A stretch of 64,000 bases of DNA from Octopus sinensis (GCF_006345805.1 NC_043010.1:62992001-63056000), one strand, 5' to 3'. Shown: positions 13,176 to 27,944, counted from the stretch's first letter. Notes: generated by a model from the letters alone, not told the origin. Numbers and translations: made by a program.

Positions 13176-13566
13176 AACAACCCATGCTAGCATGGAAAAT
13201 GGACGTTAAACGATGATGATGAACAATTGCAGCGTGGAAAGCGTTTATAAGCCATTTAAGAAACACAAAAAACCATTAGATTCACTTCAACATTTAAATT
13301 TAAATTGTCAAAATGTTTTCGCCACTTTGAAACTGCAATCTGTTCACTCACAAAATTCCGTGATGCAGCACGGAATTTTGTCAGTGAACAGGTCACGGTC
13401 TCAAAGCGATGAAAATATTTTGACAAATTAAATTTAAATGTTGAAGTGAATCTAATGGTTTTTGTGTTTCTTAATGGGTTATAAACACCTTCCACACTGC
13501 AATTGTTTTCGTTCCAGCACATGATTTCAGATCAGGTCGCTTGCTATGCAAGTACATCTCCGTTTT

Positions 13567-13604
<38 letters not shown>

Positions 13605-13991
13605 ACAACCCATGCTAGCATGGAAAATGGACGTTAAACGATGATGATGAACAATTGCAGCGTGGAAAGCGTTTATAAGCCATTTAAGAAACACAAAAAA
13701 GCCTTTAGATTCACTTCAACATTTAAATTTAAATTGTCAAAATGTTTTCGCCGCTTTGAAACCGCAATCTGTTCACTCACAAAATTCCGTGATGCAGCAC
13801 GGAATTTTGTCAGTGAACAGGTCACGGTCTCAAAGCGATGAAAATATTTTGACAAATTAAATTTAAATGTTGAAGTGAATCTAATGGTTTTTGTGTTTCT
13901 TAAATGGGTTATAAACACCTTCCACACTGCAATTGTTTTCGTTCCAGCACATGATTTCAGATCAGGTCGCTTGCTATGCAAGTACATCTCC

Positions 13992-13995
<4 letters not shown>
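13176..13995. repeat. Tandem duplication, about 428-bp period (RTE tail + foldback + (TA)n)
   Basis: Two near-identical units starting TAACAACCCATGCTAGC, with a few substitutions. Confidence 0.9.
13222..13507. repeat. Foldback palindrome, about 140-bp arms (second copy 13650-13937; truncated reversed copy about 7664-7825)
   Basis: Centre AAAATTCCGTG-ATGCAG-CACGGAATTTT; arms pair out to AACAATTGCAG/CTGCAATTGTT. Confidence 0.9.
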
Positions 13996-14030
<35 letters not shown>

Positions 14031-16421
14031 GAAATTTAAAGAAAAACAAAATATGAAGTGACGTGTATGAACAACAAGCAGGTGTATTAGTTTGATGCCC
14101 GGGAAGGTGAGAATGTTTTTACATTTTGAGCCTATGCTCTTCAACAGAAAGGAATAATAGAAAATAAACAGAGAAAGAATAAAAAGAACTTGTGGACTTA
14201 GCAATTAAGCATGATGACTGGTCAAGCTCGGTGACTATCTCTATATATATAAATGGTAAAATGTGTGTGTGTGTTCTTTATACAAATCCACAATTCTTCA
14301 GTTAGAGGGCTCACAATTTCTATGGTTATTCAAAAACGTCCAAGGGTGGTCATGCACATCTGTACATTTCCCCAGTTACCCCACAAAGCCATTAAAAAAT
14401 CAATAGAAGTGATTTTTTTGAATTTTCTATCCAAAACCAATCAAAATGCTCGAAACTTGATATGCCAATTGAATGCCAGCTAGCTGTATGGGATTGGTCG
14501 GAGATTTGGACAATACTCGCGTGTATGTGTGCATGTATGCAGCTGTATATGCATGCACTAGCACTATGAGCTGGCAACACTGGGTTATAGTGTTAGTATA
14601 TATATATTTTTATATATATATATACACACAAACACACACATATACTTGAAATTTACAGAGAAACAACAGATGAAGAGAGGTGTAAGAACAACAAGCAGGT
14701 GTAATAGTTTGGTGCTCAGGAAAGTGAGAAAGTCTTTTACGTTTCGAGCCATCTACTGTTGGTTTAACTGGCTGAAACTTTGACGTTACAGTCAATACTA
14801 TTCTTGCGAAAGAATAATGTGTGTGTGTATAAGTGTGTGTGTATGTGTGTGTAAATATAGATGGATAGAGAGAAAGATGAAATATATAAACAGACAGACA
14901 GATGTGGATCACTAGAAATGAATTTACGTATTGGATATAGGTATGTGATGATCTTCTGTCCACTGTCCAGTTACTGAATTTGCCCCTTAAACATTTGGTC
15001 AGCTTAGGATTCCAGCAGGAAATGGTTTTGCCGAAGATACCTGAGAGATGGGCATTGTGAAGTAAAGCGCTGAGAATACAAAGGAATCTCTCCAACATGG
15101 CTTTACCTGCCATTTTAACGTGCTGGTGGGGGGTGGGGTGTGGGTGGGGGTTGTCGGACATCGTCATAGCAGCATGGTGGTGATGGTTGTGGTGGTGGTG
15201 GTCGTCGTCGTCATCGTTGTAACAGTGGTGTGGTGGTGGTGGTGGTGGTGGTGATGACAGTGATAGAGATACTTGTGGTGAAGGTGATAGTGATGATGAT
15301 GGTGGTGGTGGTTTGTGGTAGTGGTGGTGGTTGTGGTGGTTATGGTTTGTGGTGGAGGTGGAGGTTGTGGTGGTTGTAGTGGTGGTGGTGGTGGTGGTGG
15401 TGACAGTGATACTTTTAGCGAGGGTGACCTTAATGGTGATGGCAGAAGTGGTGGTGGTGGTGGTGGTGGTCGTGGCTGGAGAGTGGTGGTGCAGATGTAG
15501 TAGTGATAGTGTTGTTGTTGTTGTTTAACCCCAGGTTTGCTCTATAACCCCGGGTTAGTCTAATAATCAAAAGGTATATCTGTCTGCGTTTCAGGCAAAG
15601 TGTATCTAGGACTACATTATTCAATGTTTCCTTCACTTTTTTTTCTTTTTAAATATTCTCCTAGTTTCACTTGAGGGAGACTTGTCTGCTATTTCTAGCA
15701 TGTCACACAACCACATAGAGGCTCCCTCAGTAATGGCAGTGTCTGTAGCCATAGCAACAGCAGCAGCAGCAGCAGCAGCCTGAAGGCACCAACCATAACA
15801 GATGATGGACGGACAATAGCAGAGGATCTGTTAGAGACTGTAACCATGGTTACGGCAGTGAGTGCAGCAAAGGCAGCAGACGATGACACAGCATGCAGCG
15901 GCAGCGGCAGCAGCGAGGCAGGTTTGATCGATGCTGCATGCGTTTGGTGCAATTCTCTGCTGCAGATGACGAGGACAGGAAGTTGGGGAGTGATGACAGG
16001 CACCACTGATTTAAATGATGACAACCAAGAGACTGAGGAGGAGGAGGAGGAGGAAATTGGCAGTGGTGGGAGGAGTGTGTGTGTGTGTGTGGTGTGTGTG
16101 TGTGTGTGGAGGTCGTGTGTATGTGCATGTGTGTGTGTGGGTGAGCGACAAAGACACTCCGTGTATACGTGTGTGTGTGAGAGAGAGACAGAGACAGTGC
16201 GTAACTGCGTGTTTATGTATGTGTGATTGCATGTGTGTGAGTATGTGTGGGTGTGTGTATGTGTGCATGTGTGTATATTTTGTGTGTGTGCGTGTATGTA
16301 TGAGTGTGTGTGTTTGTGTGAGAGAGAGAGAGTCTGTGAGTGTGTATATGTGTGTGTGTGGGTGGGCGTATGCGTGCATGTGTGTGATTGCATGTTTGTA
16401 TATTTTGTGTGTGTCAGTATA

Positions 16422-16463
<42 letters not shown>

Positions 16464-17447
16464 TGTCTGTGACTGTATGTATGTGTGTGATTGCATGTCT
16501 GTATATTTCGTGTGTGTGAGGAAGAGAGTCTGTGACTATGTGAGTATACGTGTGTGTATGTGCAAGTCTGTTAGAATGTGCATGTATATGAGTACCATGT
16601 GTGTGTGTGAATATGTATGTATATATATTTATATATGTGTGGGTGTATATGTGTAGGTTATTAGTGAGACTGAGTGCATATCTAAGTGTGGGTGTGTACA
16701 TGGATGTGTGTGCTTATGTGAAGAGGGGGTTAATACTGCACAATGTGTCTGTGTGTCTGCGTGTAAGGCTGCCATGACTATAATAATAATAATTAATTCT
16801 TTTCTATTGGCCACAAGGGCTGATATAAATTAAAACATTGACGGTAATCTACAAAGGTAATCTACAAAGGGTTTTCCAAGGAAAGGTCCATGTAAGCATT
16901 TGATAACAAGAAAAATAGTATAACAAGTAAAAACTCCCAATAAGGGGGAGGCGCTTTCAAGGTTACTCATGGAAAAAAACCCACAAAAACCATGGGTGTC
17001 TGGTCAACAGGGCGAAAACCTCTTCTCTTTTTATATTCCTTTTTACAAGTGTAATCTCAGAATTGGTCCATCAATGCTGGACATTTTTATGATATTCACT
17101 CTCCTTTCAACAAATTTGCTAGAAGACAAACATTTCCCTCTCACCTTCCTTTTCAAGTGGAACTTGAAGAAGTTGATGAGGCCTTGGCCAAAGAGGAAAG
17201 TGTCTGACTTTAGCCAATTTTCAAACAGGTCCACCATACCACCTCTTTTGCTACAGCCACCAGACAAATGGAAATTGCCTTCCCCCTCCTGGTTAAAGGA
17301 GATCGATAATAATAATAATAATAAAAAACCAAAATATATGGCACACTAGGCATAACAACAATGTGAACTTCCAACCTGTTGTCTCTTGAGGTCTCTGGGT
17401 GAGACTTGGAGCCAACTTGTACAAACATAAAGCAAAAGTCAAACATA

Positions 17448-17482
<35 letters not shown>

Positions 17483-17732
17483 TAATAATAATAATAATAA
17501 TAATCCTTTCTACTATAGGCACAAGGCCTGAAATTTTGGAGGAGGGGGTTAGTCTATGGATCAACCCCAGTACTCAACTGGTACTTATTTTATCGACCCC
17601 CTCCCCCCCACCAAAGGATGAAAGGCAAAGTCAACCTCAGCAGAATTTGAACTCAGAACATAGTGATGGGTGAAATAACGCTAAGCGTTTCGTCCAGCAT
17701 GCTAACAATTCTGCCAGCTCACTACCTTAATA

Positions 17733-17807
<75 letters not shown>

Positions 17808-17812
<5 letters not shown>

Positions 17813-18525
17813 ATTGAAACTATAGACCACCTAATCTCAGGGTGTAGAGTCTTAGCACCTGCAGAAAATAAAGCAAGACATGACAGAGTCGGCCAGTATT
17901 TACACTGGACAATATGTCGGCATTATAAAATCAAAACCGCTGACGAATGGTATAAACACCATCCTGAAGCTGTGACTGAGGGAGAAAATGTGTCGATTCT
18001 ATGGGACTTCCCCGTGCAGACCGACAGGACTATAAAAGCTAATAAACCAGATATCATTATAAAAGATCAGACAAAAAGGATGTGTTTATTAATTGATATG
18101 AGTATTCCCTGTGATCACAATATAGCGGCGAAAGAATTTGACAAGATTAGTAAATATAAAGACCTGCTAATGGAAATTGAAAAAATATGGCATCTCAAGA
18201 TGACTACAGTACCAGTGATTGTAGGATCTCTAGGAATGATAAAAAAGGTACTGAAACCTATTTGAAAATGATTCCAGGCTTACCATCCCTACAGGAAGTG
18301 CAAAAAATCATATTAACTGGAATGGCTCATGTACTGAGAAGAAGAGCATTATCACTGTGAAAACAATATCTATTCATGAATTTATTTATTTAAAAATTTT
18401 TTTAAATAGATATTTTACCTGTGAATTTGTGTGTGTAATCTGGGAATGCATACAATGAGCTTCTCTGCCCTAGGTGTACGGAAAACACTCGTCGAGAAAC
18501 GGAAGAAGATTTGAAGAAAGAAGGA

Positions 18526-18528
<3 letters not shown>
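17808..18528 (+). mobile_element. R4/Dong-clade LINE 3' fragment (restriction-like endonuclease domain)
   Basis: ETIDHLISGC...RHD...ILWD...NKPDIII...LID...K..KY motifs; (AAT)n on both sides. Confidence 0.85.
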
Positions 18529-18575
<47 letters not shown>

Positions 18576-18662
18576 TAATAATGAGGATGATGGTGATAAT
18601 AATAATAATAATAATAAAAATAATAATAATAACAATAATAAAATAATAATAATAAAATAATG

Positions 18663-18704
<42 letters not shown>

Positions 18705-18776
18705 TAACAATAATAAAATAATGATAATAATAATGATAATAATAATAAAATAATGATAATAATGATAATGATAATA

Positions 18777-18807
<31 letters not shown>

Positions 18808-18840
18808 TAATGATAATAATAATAATAATAATAATAATAT

Positions 18841-19712
18841 GTGACCCGCTGCAAACAAGCTGATGTTGACCAGAAGCAAACCCATCAGTGGCTACGGAGC
18901 TCAGGGCTAAAAGCAGAGAGCGAAGGTTTCATCCTGGCTGCTCAAGATCAAAGCCTATTAACTCGGAACTACCAGGCCAATGTGATGAAAAATGGAGCAG
19001 ACCCAAAATGCCGATTCTGCAACGATATGATTGAAACAGTGGACCACCTAATCTCTGGATGTAAAGTCTTAGCACCAGTGGAGTATAAATTAAGACATGA
19101 CAGAGTTGGCCAATATCTCCACTGGCTAATAAGTTGGCATTACAATATCAAAACTGCCGACAAGTGGTATAATCACCACCCTGAGGCTGTAACTGAAGGA
19201 GAAAATGTAACCATTCTGTGGGACTTTCCAGTACATACAGACCATCAAGGCCAATAAACCAGATATTGTTGTGAAAGACCAAAACAATAAAGTTTGCTTA
19301 TTGATCGACATGAGCATCCCCTGTGATATTGTGACAAGCTCAGAAAATATAAAGACCTACTCATTGAAATTGAGAAAATGTGGCATCTCAAGGCGGTTAC
19401 AATACCAGTGATCGTAGGAGCACTAGGAATGATCAAGAAGGGAACCGAAAATTATATGAGAATGATCCCTGGCTTACCATCCCTGCAAGAAGTGCAAAAG
19501 ATTGTCTTAACTGGTACATCACATGTATTGAGAAGAGCATTGTCGATGTGAGAATTGTTGCTGCTCATGTATTTTAATTTAACTTAAAAAAAAATTTTTT
19601 TAAATGAACGAACTATTGAGTTTGGTTTAATGGCCTACCAATGTAAACTATGAGTTTCTTTGCCCTAGGAGTCGGGAAGACACTCGGCAAGAAATGGAAG
19701 CAAATTTGAAAG
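18841..19712 (+). mobile_element. R4/Dong-clade LINE 3' fragment, frameshifted
   Basis: ESEGFILAAQDQ, CRFC...ETVDHLISGC CCHC knuckle, RHD and PD motifs; (AAT)n flanks. Confidence 0.88.
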
Positions 19713-19771
19713 AAGAAAAAAAAAATAATAATAATAATAAAATAATGATAATAATAATGATAATGTAAATG

Positions 19772-19803
<32 letters not shown>

Positions 19804-20744
19804 TTATTCTTATAATGGCCACAGGGGTTAATATATACAAACATAAAATGACATACAACAACATAAAAGATGACACAAAACATAAAGGACCCACGACATC
19901 ATGTGATGCTCTTGTGGTGGTGATGGTTGTTATTTAGCCTCTGGTCAACTCTGATTGAACAGACCTTTGATCAAAGGCATTCCAGCCACGACCATCCTGT
20001 TAGTTTTCTCAGGTATAGGGAATCCAGTACCTTTTTATGCAATGTATCCTTTTCTAAGAGATACATTGTGATTTGAGGATGATTAGGTGATTGTTTCTTG
20101 CAGATTAAGCAACCACAGAAAGGCTATCTCTTATTAGTGGCTATCAATTATTTGAAGAATTATTGATATATATATCTATATAGGCATAGGAGTGGCTTTG
20201 TGGTAAGTAGCTTGCTTCCCAACCACATGGTTCCGGGTTCAGTCCCACTGTGTGGCACCTTGGGCAAGTGTCTTCTACTATAGCGTTGGCCCAACCAAAG
20301 CCTTGGGAGTGGATTTGGTTGAAGGAAAACTGGAAGAAGCCTGTCATATATATATATACACATATACAAGTGTGTGTGTGTGTGTGTTTAACCCCTTCCC
20401 CTCGCGCCACTTGGTAACCAGTGTTGGTTTGTTTACATCCTAATAGAATAAGTACCAAATTTAAAATAAAAATAAGTTCTGCAGTCAATTTGTTTGATTA
20501 AAATTCTTCAAGGCTGTGCCCCAGCATGGCCGCAGTCCAATGACTGAAACAAGTAAAAGATAAAAAACATATTTATATATGACTGGCCTGGTGTAGCCTT
20601 CGGGCTTGCCAGACCCCAATTGAACCGTCCAACCCATGCTGGCATGGAAAGCGGACGTTAAACGATGATGATGATGATATATATATATATGTATATATAT
20701 ACTGTTTGTGTAGACTGTGTATCTTTTATCTAATGTGTCTTAGA

Positions 20745-20895
20745 GGTACCATTGATATTCTGAGCTGCCTCAATATATCTGAAGTACCTAAGAGTTATGT
20801 GGAATACTCCAGGGAAATGTAGGGTGCCTCAGGGAAGTGTAGAGTACCTCAAGGAAATTTAGAATGTCTCAGGGAAATCTAGGCTACTCCTGAAC
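20745..20895. repeat. Degenerate 20-bp minisatellite
   Basis: AGAGTACCTCAGGGAAATGT-like units in exact 20-bp register. Confidence 0.7.
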
Positions 20896-20920
20896 TCCTT
20901 TAATATCTTGGAGATTCAAA

Positions 20921-21490
20921 GGCAGCGAGCTGGTAGAATTCTTAGTCATGCCAAGCAAAATTCTTAGCGGTATTTCATCTGTCTTTTCGTTCTGAGTTCA
21001 AATTCCGCCAAGGTCGACTTTGCCTTTCATCCTTTCATGGTCAATAAATTAAGTACCAGTTATGCACTGGGGTCGATGTGATCGGCTTGGTCCGTTTGTC
21101 TGTCCTTGTTTGTCCTCTCTGTGTTTAGATCCTTGTAGGTAGTAAAGAATAGGTATTTCATCTGTCTTTATGTTCTGAGTTCAAATTCTACTGAGGTCGA
21201 CTTTACCTTTCATCCTTTCAGGGTCGATAAATTAAGTACCAGTTATGCACTGGGGTCGATATAATCGACTTAATCTGTTTGTCCCCTCTGTGTTTAGCCC
21301 CTTGTTGGCAATAAAGAAATAGGTATTTCGTCTGTCTTTATGTTCTGAGTTCAAATCCTACCGAGGTCGACTTTACCTTTCATCCTTTCAGAGTCGATAA
21401 ATTAAGTACTAGTTATGCACTAGGGTCGATCTAATCGACTGGCCACCCCCTCACCAAACATTTCGGGCTTTATGCCTAGAGTAGAAAAGA
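20921..21490 (+). mobile_element. SINE family B with internally triplicated core (other copies about 17505-17728-, 24285-24500+, 36760-37178+, 47652-47885-, 48410-48884-, 51710-51941-, 55817-56050+, 61062-61272-, 63337-63599-)
   Basis: GGCAGCGAGCTGG head, then TTCTGAGTTCAAAT...CTTTCATCCTTTC...AAATTAAGTAC repeated at about 20991, 21173 and 21343. Confidence 0.85.
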
Positions 21491-21730
21491 ATATCTTGGA
21501 GAGTCATACTTCTGAATGTAACAGCTGAGGTACTTTGTGATAACTTGAGCTAACTCTGGACAAAAGGGTACCTCGAACCTCTTATTTGAATGTAAATATG
21601 GGAGACTATAGGGGTACTTGATCTGTTGCACATAGCAGCTAAATTCATCTCACAACCTTCTACCTTTAAAAAGATGAAGGCCACATTTGGTAGTGTGTAT
21701 ATACATATATATATATATATGCGCATATAC

Positions 21731-21762
<32 letters not shown>

Positions 21763-22144
21763 GAACATTTACATGTGCATGTCAATATATATGAGTATAT
21801 ATGTCAATATATCTATGTGTGTGTGAAGTCATATATCAATGCTCTCATGCAAAAGAGTGTAACCTCAGTTGTCTTCTCTCCCTATGTGACCTGATAAATT
21901 TTTTTTTCTCTCATTGTCTAATTAGGACAAACAGAGTTATCTGCCTTGCTCATGGGCACAATTGCAAATAACTGCAGTGTCAGAGTTACAGCTTATGGAT
22001 ATGTGATATGCATGCATGTGTGTGTGTGTGTGTGTGTGTGTGTATACAGATACACATATATGCATATCTGTGTATATATATACATATGTGTGTGTACATA
22101 TATATGTGCATGTGTGTATAGATAGATAGCTAGATATGTATATA

Positions 22145-22195
<51 letters not shown>

Positions 22196-22315
22196 TCATC
22201 ATCATCAAGCGGACGTTAAACGATAATGATGATGATATATATATATATATTTATTATATATATATATCTAGCTATCTATCTATACACACATGCACATATA
22301 TATGTACACACACGC

Positions 22316-22367
<52 letters not shown>

Positions 22368-24949
22368 GTATATATATATGTGTATATATATGCATGTATG
22401 TATACATGTATGTATGTATCTATCTATCTATCCACATACACATATAAATATACATACATGCATACATACATACATACATATATATATATAAACACGCATG
22501 CACACACACCAAACCTTATTCACAGTTTATGTTCCTAACACTAGCTGAATGATAACTAAGTTATTTTACTAAATTCTTTGATATATTTAAAATTAATTGA
22601 AAGAAACACAGAACATCTCAACAGTGACAAAAGGGTTAAGAGTACTTGTGTTTGAGGAGCGCTCAGCCACTTGCATGTTAATTCCATGAGCAGGCTGTTC
22701 CATTGACTGGATCCACTGGTACCTTTGCTATTAGAACCGATGGAGCGCCAGAACTGACGAAAGGAATTTCTCCAAAGAGTCCAGTTGCTGATGTTAAGAG
22801 TACATGTGTTTGTGGAGCGCTCAGCCACTTGCATGTTAATTCCAGTTGCTGATGTTTCGTTCCATGTTTTTTCTTTATCATTTGTTTGTTTGCAGAGATG
22901 ACCTTCTATCTTTCAGGTGTTTCGGAATGTGGCCATGCTGGATCACACCACCATGAACAAATCCACTCTGTTACTTATTTTTTAAGTCTGGTACTTTTTC
23001 TATCAGTCTCTTTGGCCAAACTGCTAAGTGACAGGGACAGAAACACACCAACACTGGTCAACAAATGGTGGTGGTGGTGGTGGTTGTGGGTACAAACACT
23101 AATGCAAAGATACACACAAATACATGAATATATACTCTTTACTCTTTTACTTGTTTCAGTCCTTTGACTGCGACCATGCTGGAGCACCGCCTTTAATCGA
23201 GCAATTCAACCCCAGGACTTATTCTTTGTAAGCCTAGTACTTATTCTGTCGGTCTCCTTTGCCAAACCACTTAGTTACAGGGACGTAAACACACCAGCAT
23301 CGGTTGTCAAGCAATGTTGGGGGGGGGCAAACACAGACGCACACACACGCATATATATCCATCCACAAGGCTTTGGTCGGCCCGAGGCTATAATAGAAGA
23401 CACTTGACCAAGGTGCCACGCAGTGGGACTGAACCCAGAACCATGTGGTTGGTAAGAAAGCTACTTATCACACAGCCACGCCACTCCTACGCCTATATAT
23501 ATGTGTGTTTGTGTGTACTTACATATATGTATATATATATATGAAATACAAAATGGGACAAGAATGCAAAGCATCCGGACAGTTAGGTGATACAAAAATA
23601 GGACAACAAAACATCCAGATAGACGATACAAAGAAAACAAGGACGGGTCATTCAAAGTTTTCTTTCTTCAGTCAAGTACCAGATTATCCTCACAATTTTA
23701 GCTGATTAATCTTGAGATTGCTCCAATCTGGCCAGCCCCAAGGAAAAACTAAGCTAAGAGCATTAGATTCCTTGAAAGAAAGCAGCGAATGTATACAAAA
23801 ACAAGGACGGAAAAAACGATTCATTACAGACGATTTTACCTATCAAGTTTCGCACTAGGGGTTCAACAGAATGTTAGGTAACAGTCCGATTATGTAACCC
23901 CGTGCTCATCAGAGGTAGCCATTGTGGAATGATATGTGGTGACTAGGTCACATAATCAGGCTGTTATCTAACACTCCTTTAAACTCCTAGTGGAAAACCG
24001 ATTGGTAAGGCTTGACGTAATGGATATATTATACTGTACACTTCAATTAAACATTAATCAATCTGGAACTATAGCAGAAAACACCCATTGGAGGTGCTAT
24101 ACTATCAGATTGAACCCAATACCTTTCAGTTAAGAATTAAACTTTTTACCACTTAATACGTTTATGTGGTATATGTTTACATTTGCTCAATCCAGTTATT
24201 AAATTTGCATGTCATGCTTGCTTCAATGAACGCTCGAATGCTTTCATCAATTATTCCTCTATTGATCAAGTATTATTATTATTAAGACAGCAACCAGGCA
24301 GAATCATTAGGATGTCAGGTAAAAAGCTTATCAGCATTCTGTTTGCCATTACGTCCTGAGTTCAAATTCTGCCAAGGTCAACTTTACCTTTCATCCTTTC
24401 AACGTTAGTAAAATAAGTACCAGTTATGTATTGGGATGCATGCAATTGACTTAGCCCCCCCTCCCTGAAATTGCTGGCCTTCTGTCAAAATTTGAAATTA
24501 TTATTATTATTACTGAAAGTGAATGTTGGACCTGTATTTTTGGTGTTGTTTCATTCAGGCAAGAAAGAGACAAAAAACAAACTGGTTGGGTGTCCGGAGA
24601 ATTGTTAGTGCCTGTCTTATATTGGCCAATTTGGACCAAATGCTAGTGTCAAGGACACTTGAGTGGTGCACACAACGGTGATGAAGACTGTTTGCAGAGG
24701 TGGGTGGTGGTGGCAGGGGTGAATATTTCTATTACAAATGGTCAAGTTGCTGATGTTGTAGGATGTTGGACATTGAATGTATAAAACGAAATTACTGTTA
24801 CAGAGACTCCGTTTTTGGATTCGGTTTGCAAGATTCTTGTTGTGAGTTCGTGTGTTGAAGCATATTCTGTTGTGTCTGGGGAGAGTCATTCTCTTTTTGT
24901 GCCTTATAATTATATAAGATGTTAATTAGATGACACCAATGGCATCTGC

Positions 24950-25380
24950 ACCTTCAATTAACATCAAGGCTGTTCTTCTTTATGGGTCAGAAGCGTAGAG
25001 GGTCAGCAAAGCCATAAAGGGTAAGCTACAGGTCATCACCAACAAACATCTGTGCTTTGTCCTCAAAATCTGTTGTGGGGGGAGGGGGACAAGATTTCAG
25101 ACAGAAGTCTGTGGGATAGAACAAACCAAAACTCCCATCAATCAAGAAATTCTGAAAAGAAAAAGGGGCTGGATCGGGCACACTCTAAGGGAACCTCCAA
25201 GGAACATTGCAAGGTAAAGAGTTAGACTGGCAACCTGAAGGAAAGAAGAAAGTTGGATGACTTTAGAAGACTTGGAAAGGATGCTTGGAGGATGAAGTAA
25301 AAGTAATCAGTCTCTTTTGGTCTGAAATCAAGGAGGTACACCAAGATCGGGTCTACTGTCATGAAATGATCAGAGCTTTT
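24950..25380 (+). mobile_element. Old RTE/BovB-like LINE remnant
   Basis: NIKAVLLYGSEA*RVSK...KLQV and W.W.GHTLR-like remnants with stops. Confidence 0.6.
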
Positions 25381-27944
25381 TAGAAAGTAATGTGGACTAT
25401 TGGCCTCTGCAGGTGGTGGTGTGCTTACATACTGGCAGCTGCAAGGAGTGTTTTAATATATATATTAAAACATATATATATGTGTGTGTGTGTGTGTACA
25501 TTAAGATGTTATTGCTTGCTTTTCATTTAAATATTTTGATTAGTTGACAAGATATTATATTTCTCAGTGAGACATAAGTTACATATTTTGACAAATACAT
25601 TCCACTCTGAACTATGGACTAAGTTACAAGGGCTTTTGTTGACTGAATTCCCCTTCAGTTGAAAATAGAGAGGAGGGACTTATTTTATCTCAGGATTGAA
25701 GGAAGAGATTCGTTTTGTAAGGTTTGCTTTCAAATCCGCTTTGAATCAGTTCAATGCAGTTCTCTGTGACAGCAGCTGAGGTTGTTAGTTTAGCTGTGTA
25801 TACGAATGCTTTTGTGACTCATCTACCTTTGAGAAAGGATGATGTGAGATGCAATCCACATGTAATTTAATGGTTAATTAAATTTTAGTACTATCACAAC
25901 TGCTCTATCAAGTTACAATAAATAAAAAAAAAATTTTTTTAATTATCAACAAGAAAAAATGTATCAAAATAGAAATAAAAATGACAAATGACAGTGATTG
26001 GTTAAAACTTTTTCTTAAGTCCTCTCATTTTTAGTGATGCCTCTCAGTCCTGGGTCGTCTAATTTTAACGAAGCAATGCAGAACTGGACTGTCTCATTTT
26101 ACTGAAGCAACATTGTACTTTAATGTCTTGTCTCTAGTTAAACAAACTGTACCGGGTCGTCTCATTTCCAGCATAAAGCAACTGTTTTAGACTTTCATAT
26201 AACTACAAACAGACATAAATACTTTTTGACTCTTTATCCAAAAGAAATTCCAGGATCTCAGAGCTAATGCGAGGGACTGATGGTAGCCATTTCCAGGAAT
26301 TGAATGCATGGCTTTTGTGTGTGTATCTATGCATACACATACATGTATGTATGTATGTATGTATGTATGTAAGCATGTATGTATGTATGTATGTGTGTGT
26401 GTAAGTATGTGTGTATGTATATATGTAAGCATGTATGTAAGCATGTATGTATGTATGTGTGTATGTATGTATGTAAGCATGTATGTATGTGTGTGTATGT
26501 ATGTGTGTGTGTGTATGTATGTATGTGTGAGTGTGTATGTGTGCATATCTTTTCTCTTGTCAAAGAAAATATTTCTTCATTTTTATGCTCGTTCTAGTCC
26601 AACGTCCCTCCATATTTATATTTTTGTTCAGTTTTCTTGTACGTCTCCACTGTCCTGTTTTTGTTCCCTACTTTGTCCCTCCATAAGTCCCAAATTTTAT
26701 TTTGGCACTTACAGGAGCAACTGTCTTTGAAGACTCATATTGTCATTCAATGCTCGAAATGAGGAGTAGAAGACAGCCGACAACTGATGAAGGGTCGTTC
26801 TTTATGTTATTTGTCCTGTTTTCCATTTGTTTCTCTCATTGTTTGTGTATTGAACTCATTTACTTTCATATTTCATGTTGTTTATTGTTTAGTGACGTCC
26901 TGTACCCATATATGCATGTGTGTGTATATATATATATATATATACATATATGCATATATATATATATATATAAATGTATTTGAAATTTTTTAGAAAAACA
27001 AGACAAAGACAGGTGTATGAACAACAAGCAAGTGTATTAGTTTGATGCTTGGGAAAAATGAAAAAGTCTTTTTATGTTTCGAGCCTACACTCTTTAACAG
27101 AAAGGAATAAGAGAAAATAAACAAAGAGAATGAAAAAAAAACTTGTACATTTCTGTGGTCCAGCTTTATGAATATATACTAAAGGGACACCTGAATCACT
27201 GTGTATTTAATATTCAATTTGTCTTAAGTCCATTCTTCCATACTCACACAAGTTAAGCAAACAGGTTATGGGGATGTTGTTTTACAGATGGATGCTCTTT
27301 CTGTTGCTAATCCTTATTTGTTTTTTAAGCAATGGGTTTTTTATTTCACGTCTTCAAAGGCACAAGGCAGGTGGGCAATTCATTCAGAGAAGAAATGGCC
27401 ACAACTGCACCACTCACAGCAAGTAACTTCCATGGATCCCAAATGTGAACCAAGGCACATACACACACAGGCTTCTGCACAGTTTCCATCGAGCAAATTT
27501 CATTTGCAAGGCATTGGTGAACTTGAAGCTGCAGTAGAACACATTCATCAAAGATGCCACAGACTGGGGATGAACCTGGAACCCTGTGGTTACAAAGGTG
27601 GCTTTTTGCTGCTGCTTCCTCATTGAAACCTTGTCCTGAATTTAGAAACCACCAACCTATGACAGACAATGTGGTAATTGTTGAAGCAAAAGACAAGATG
27701 GTCATGTATGACATGATGTTTGATATCACAGGAGCTCTGTCTGTTTCCCTGAAGAGATTTCATACTGTGACTGCAGGTCGATATTAGCTCTGTCTTTCTG
27801 TTCAGTATTGCTGTTGGGGTGGTTCATGTGTTACTTTCCAGTTGCAAATTCCTGGAGACAAATGCAAAAACATGACATGGAATATGTTACAGGTACTAAA
27901 AAAAAAAAGAAGGGTAGTGGTAGTTGGTAGATAGATAGATCGAA

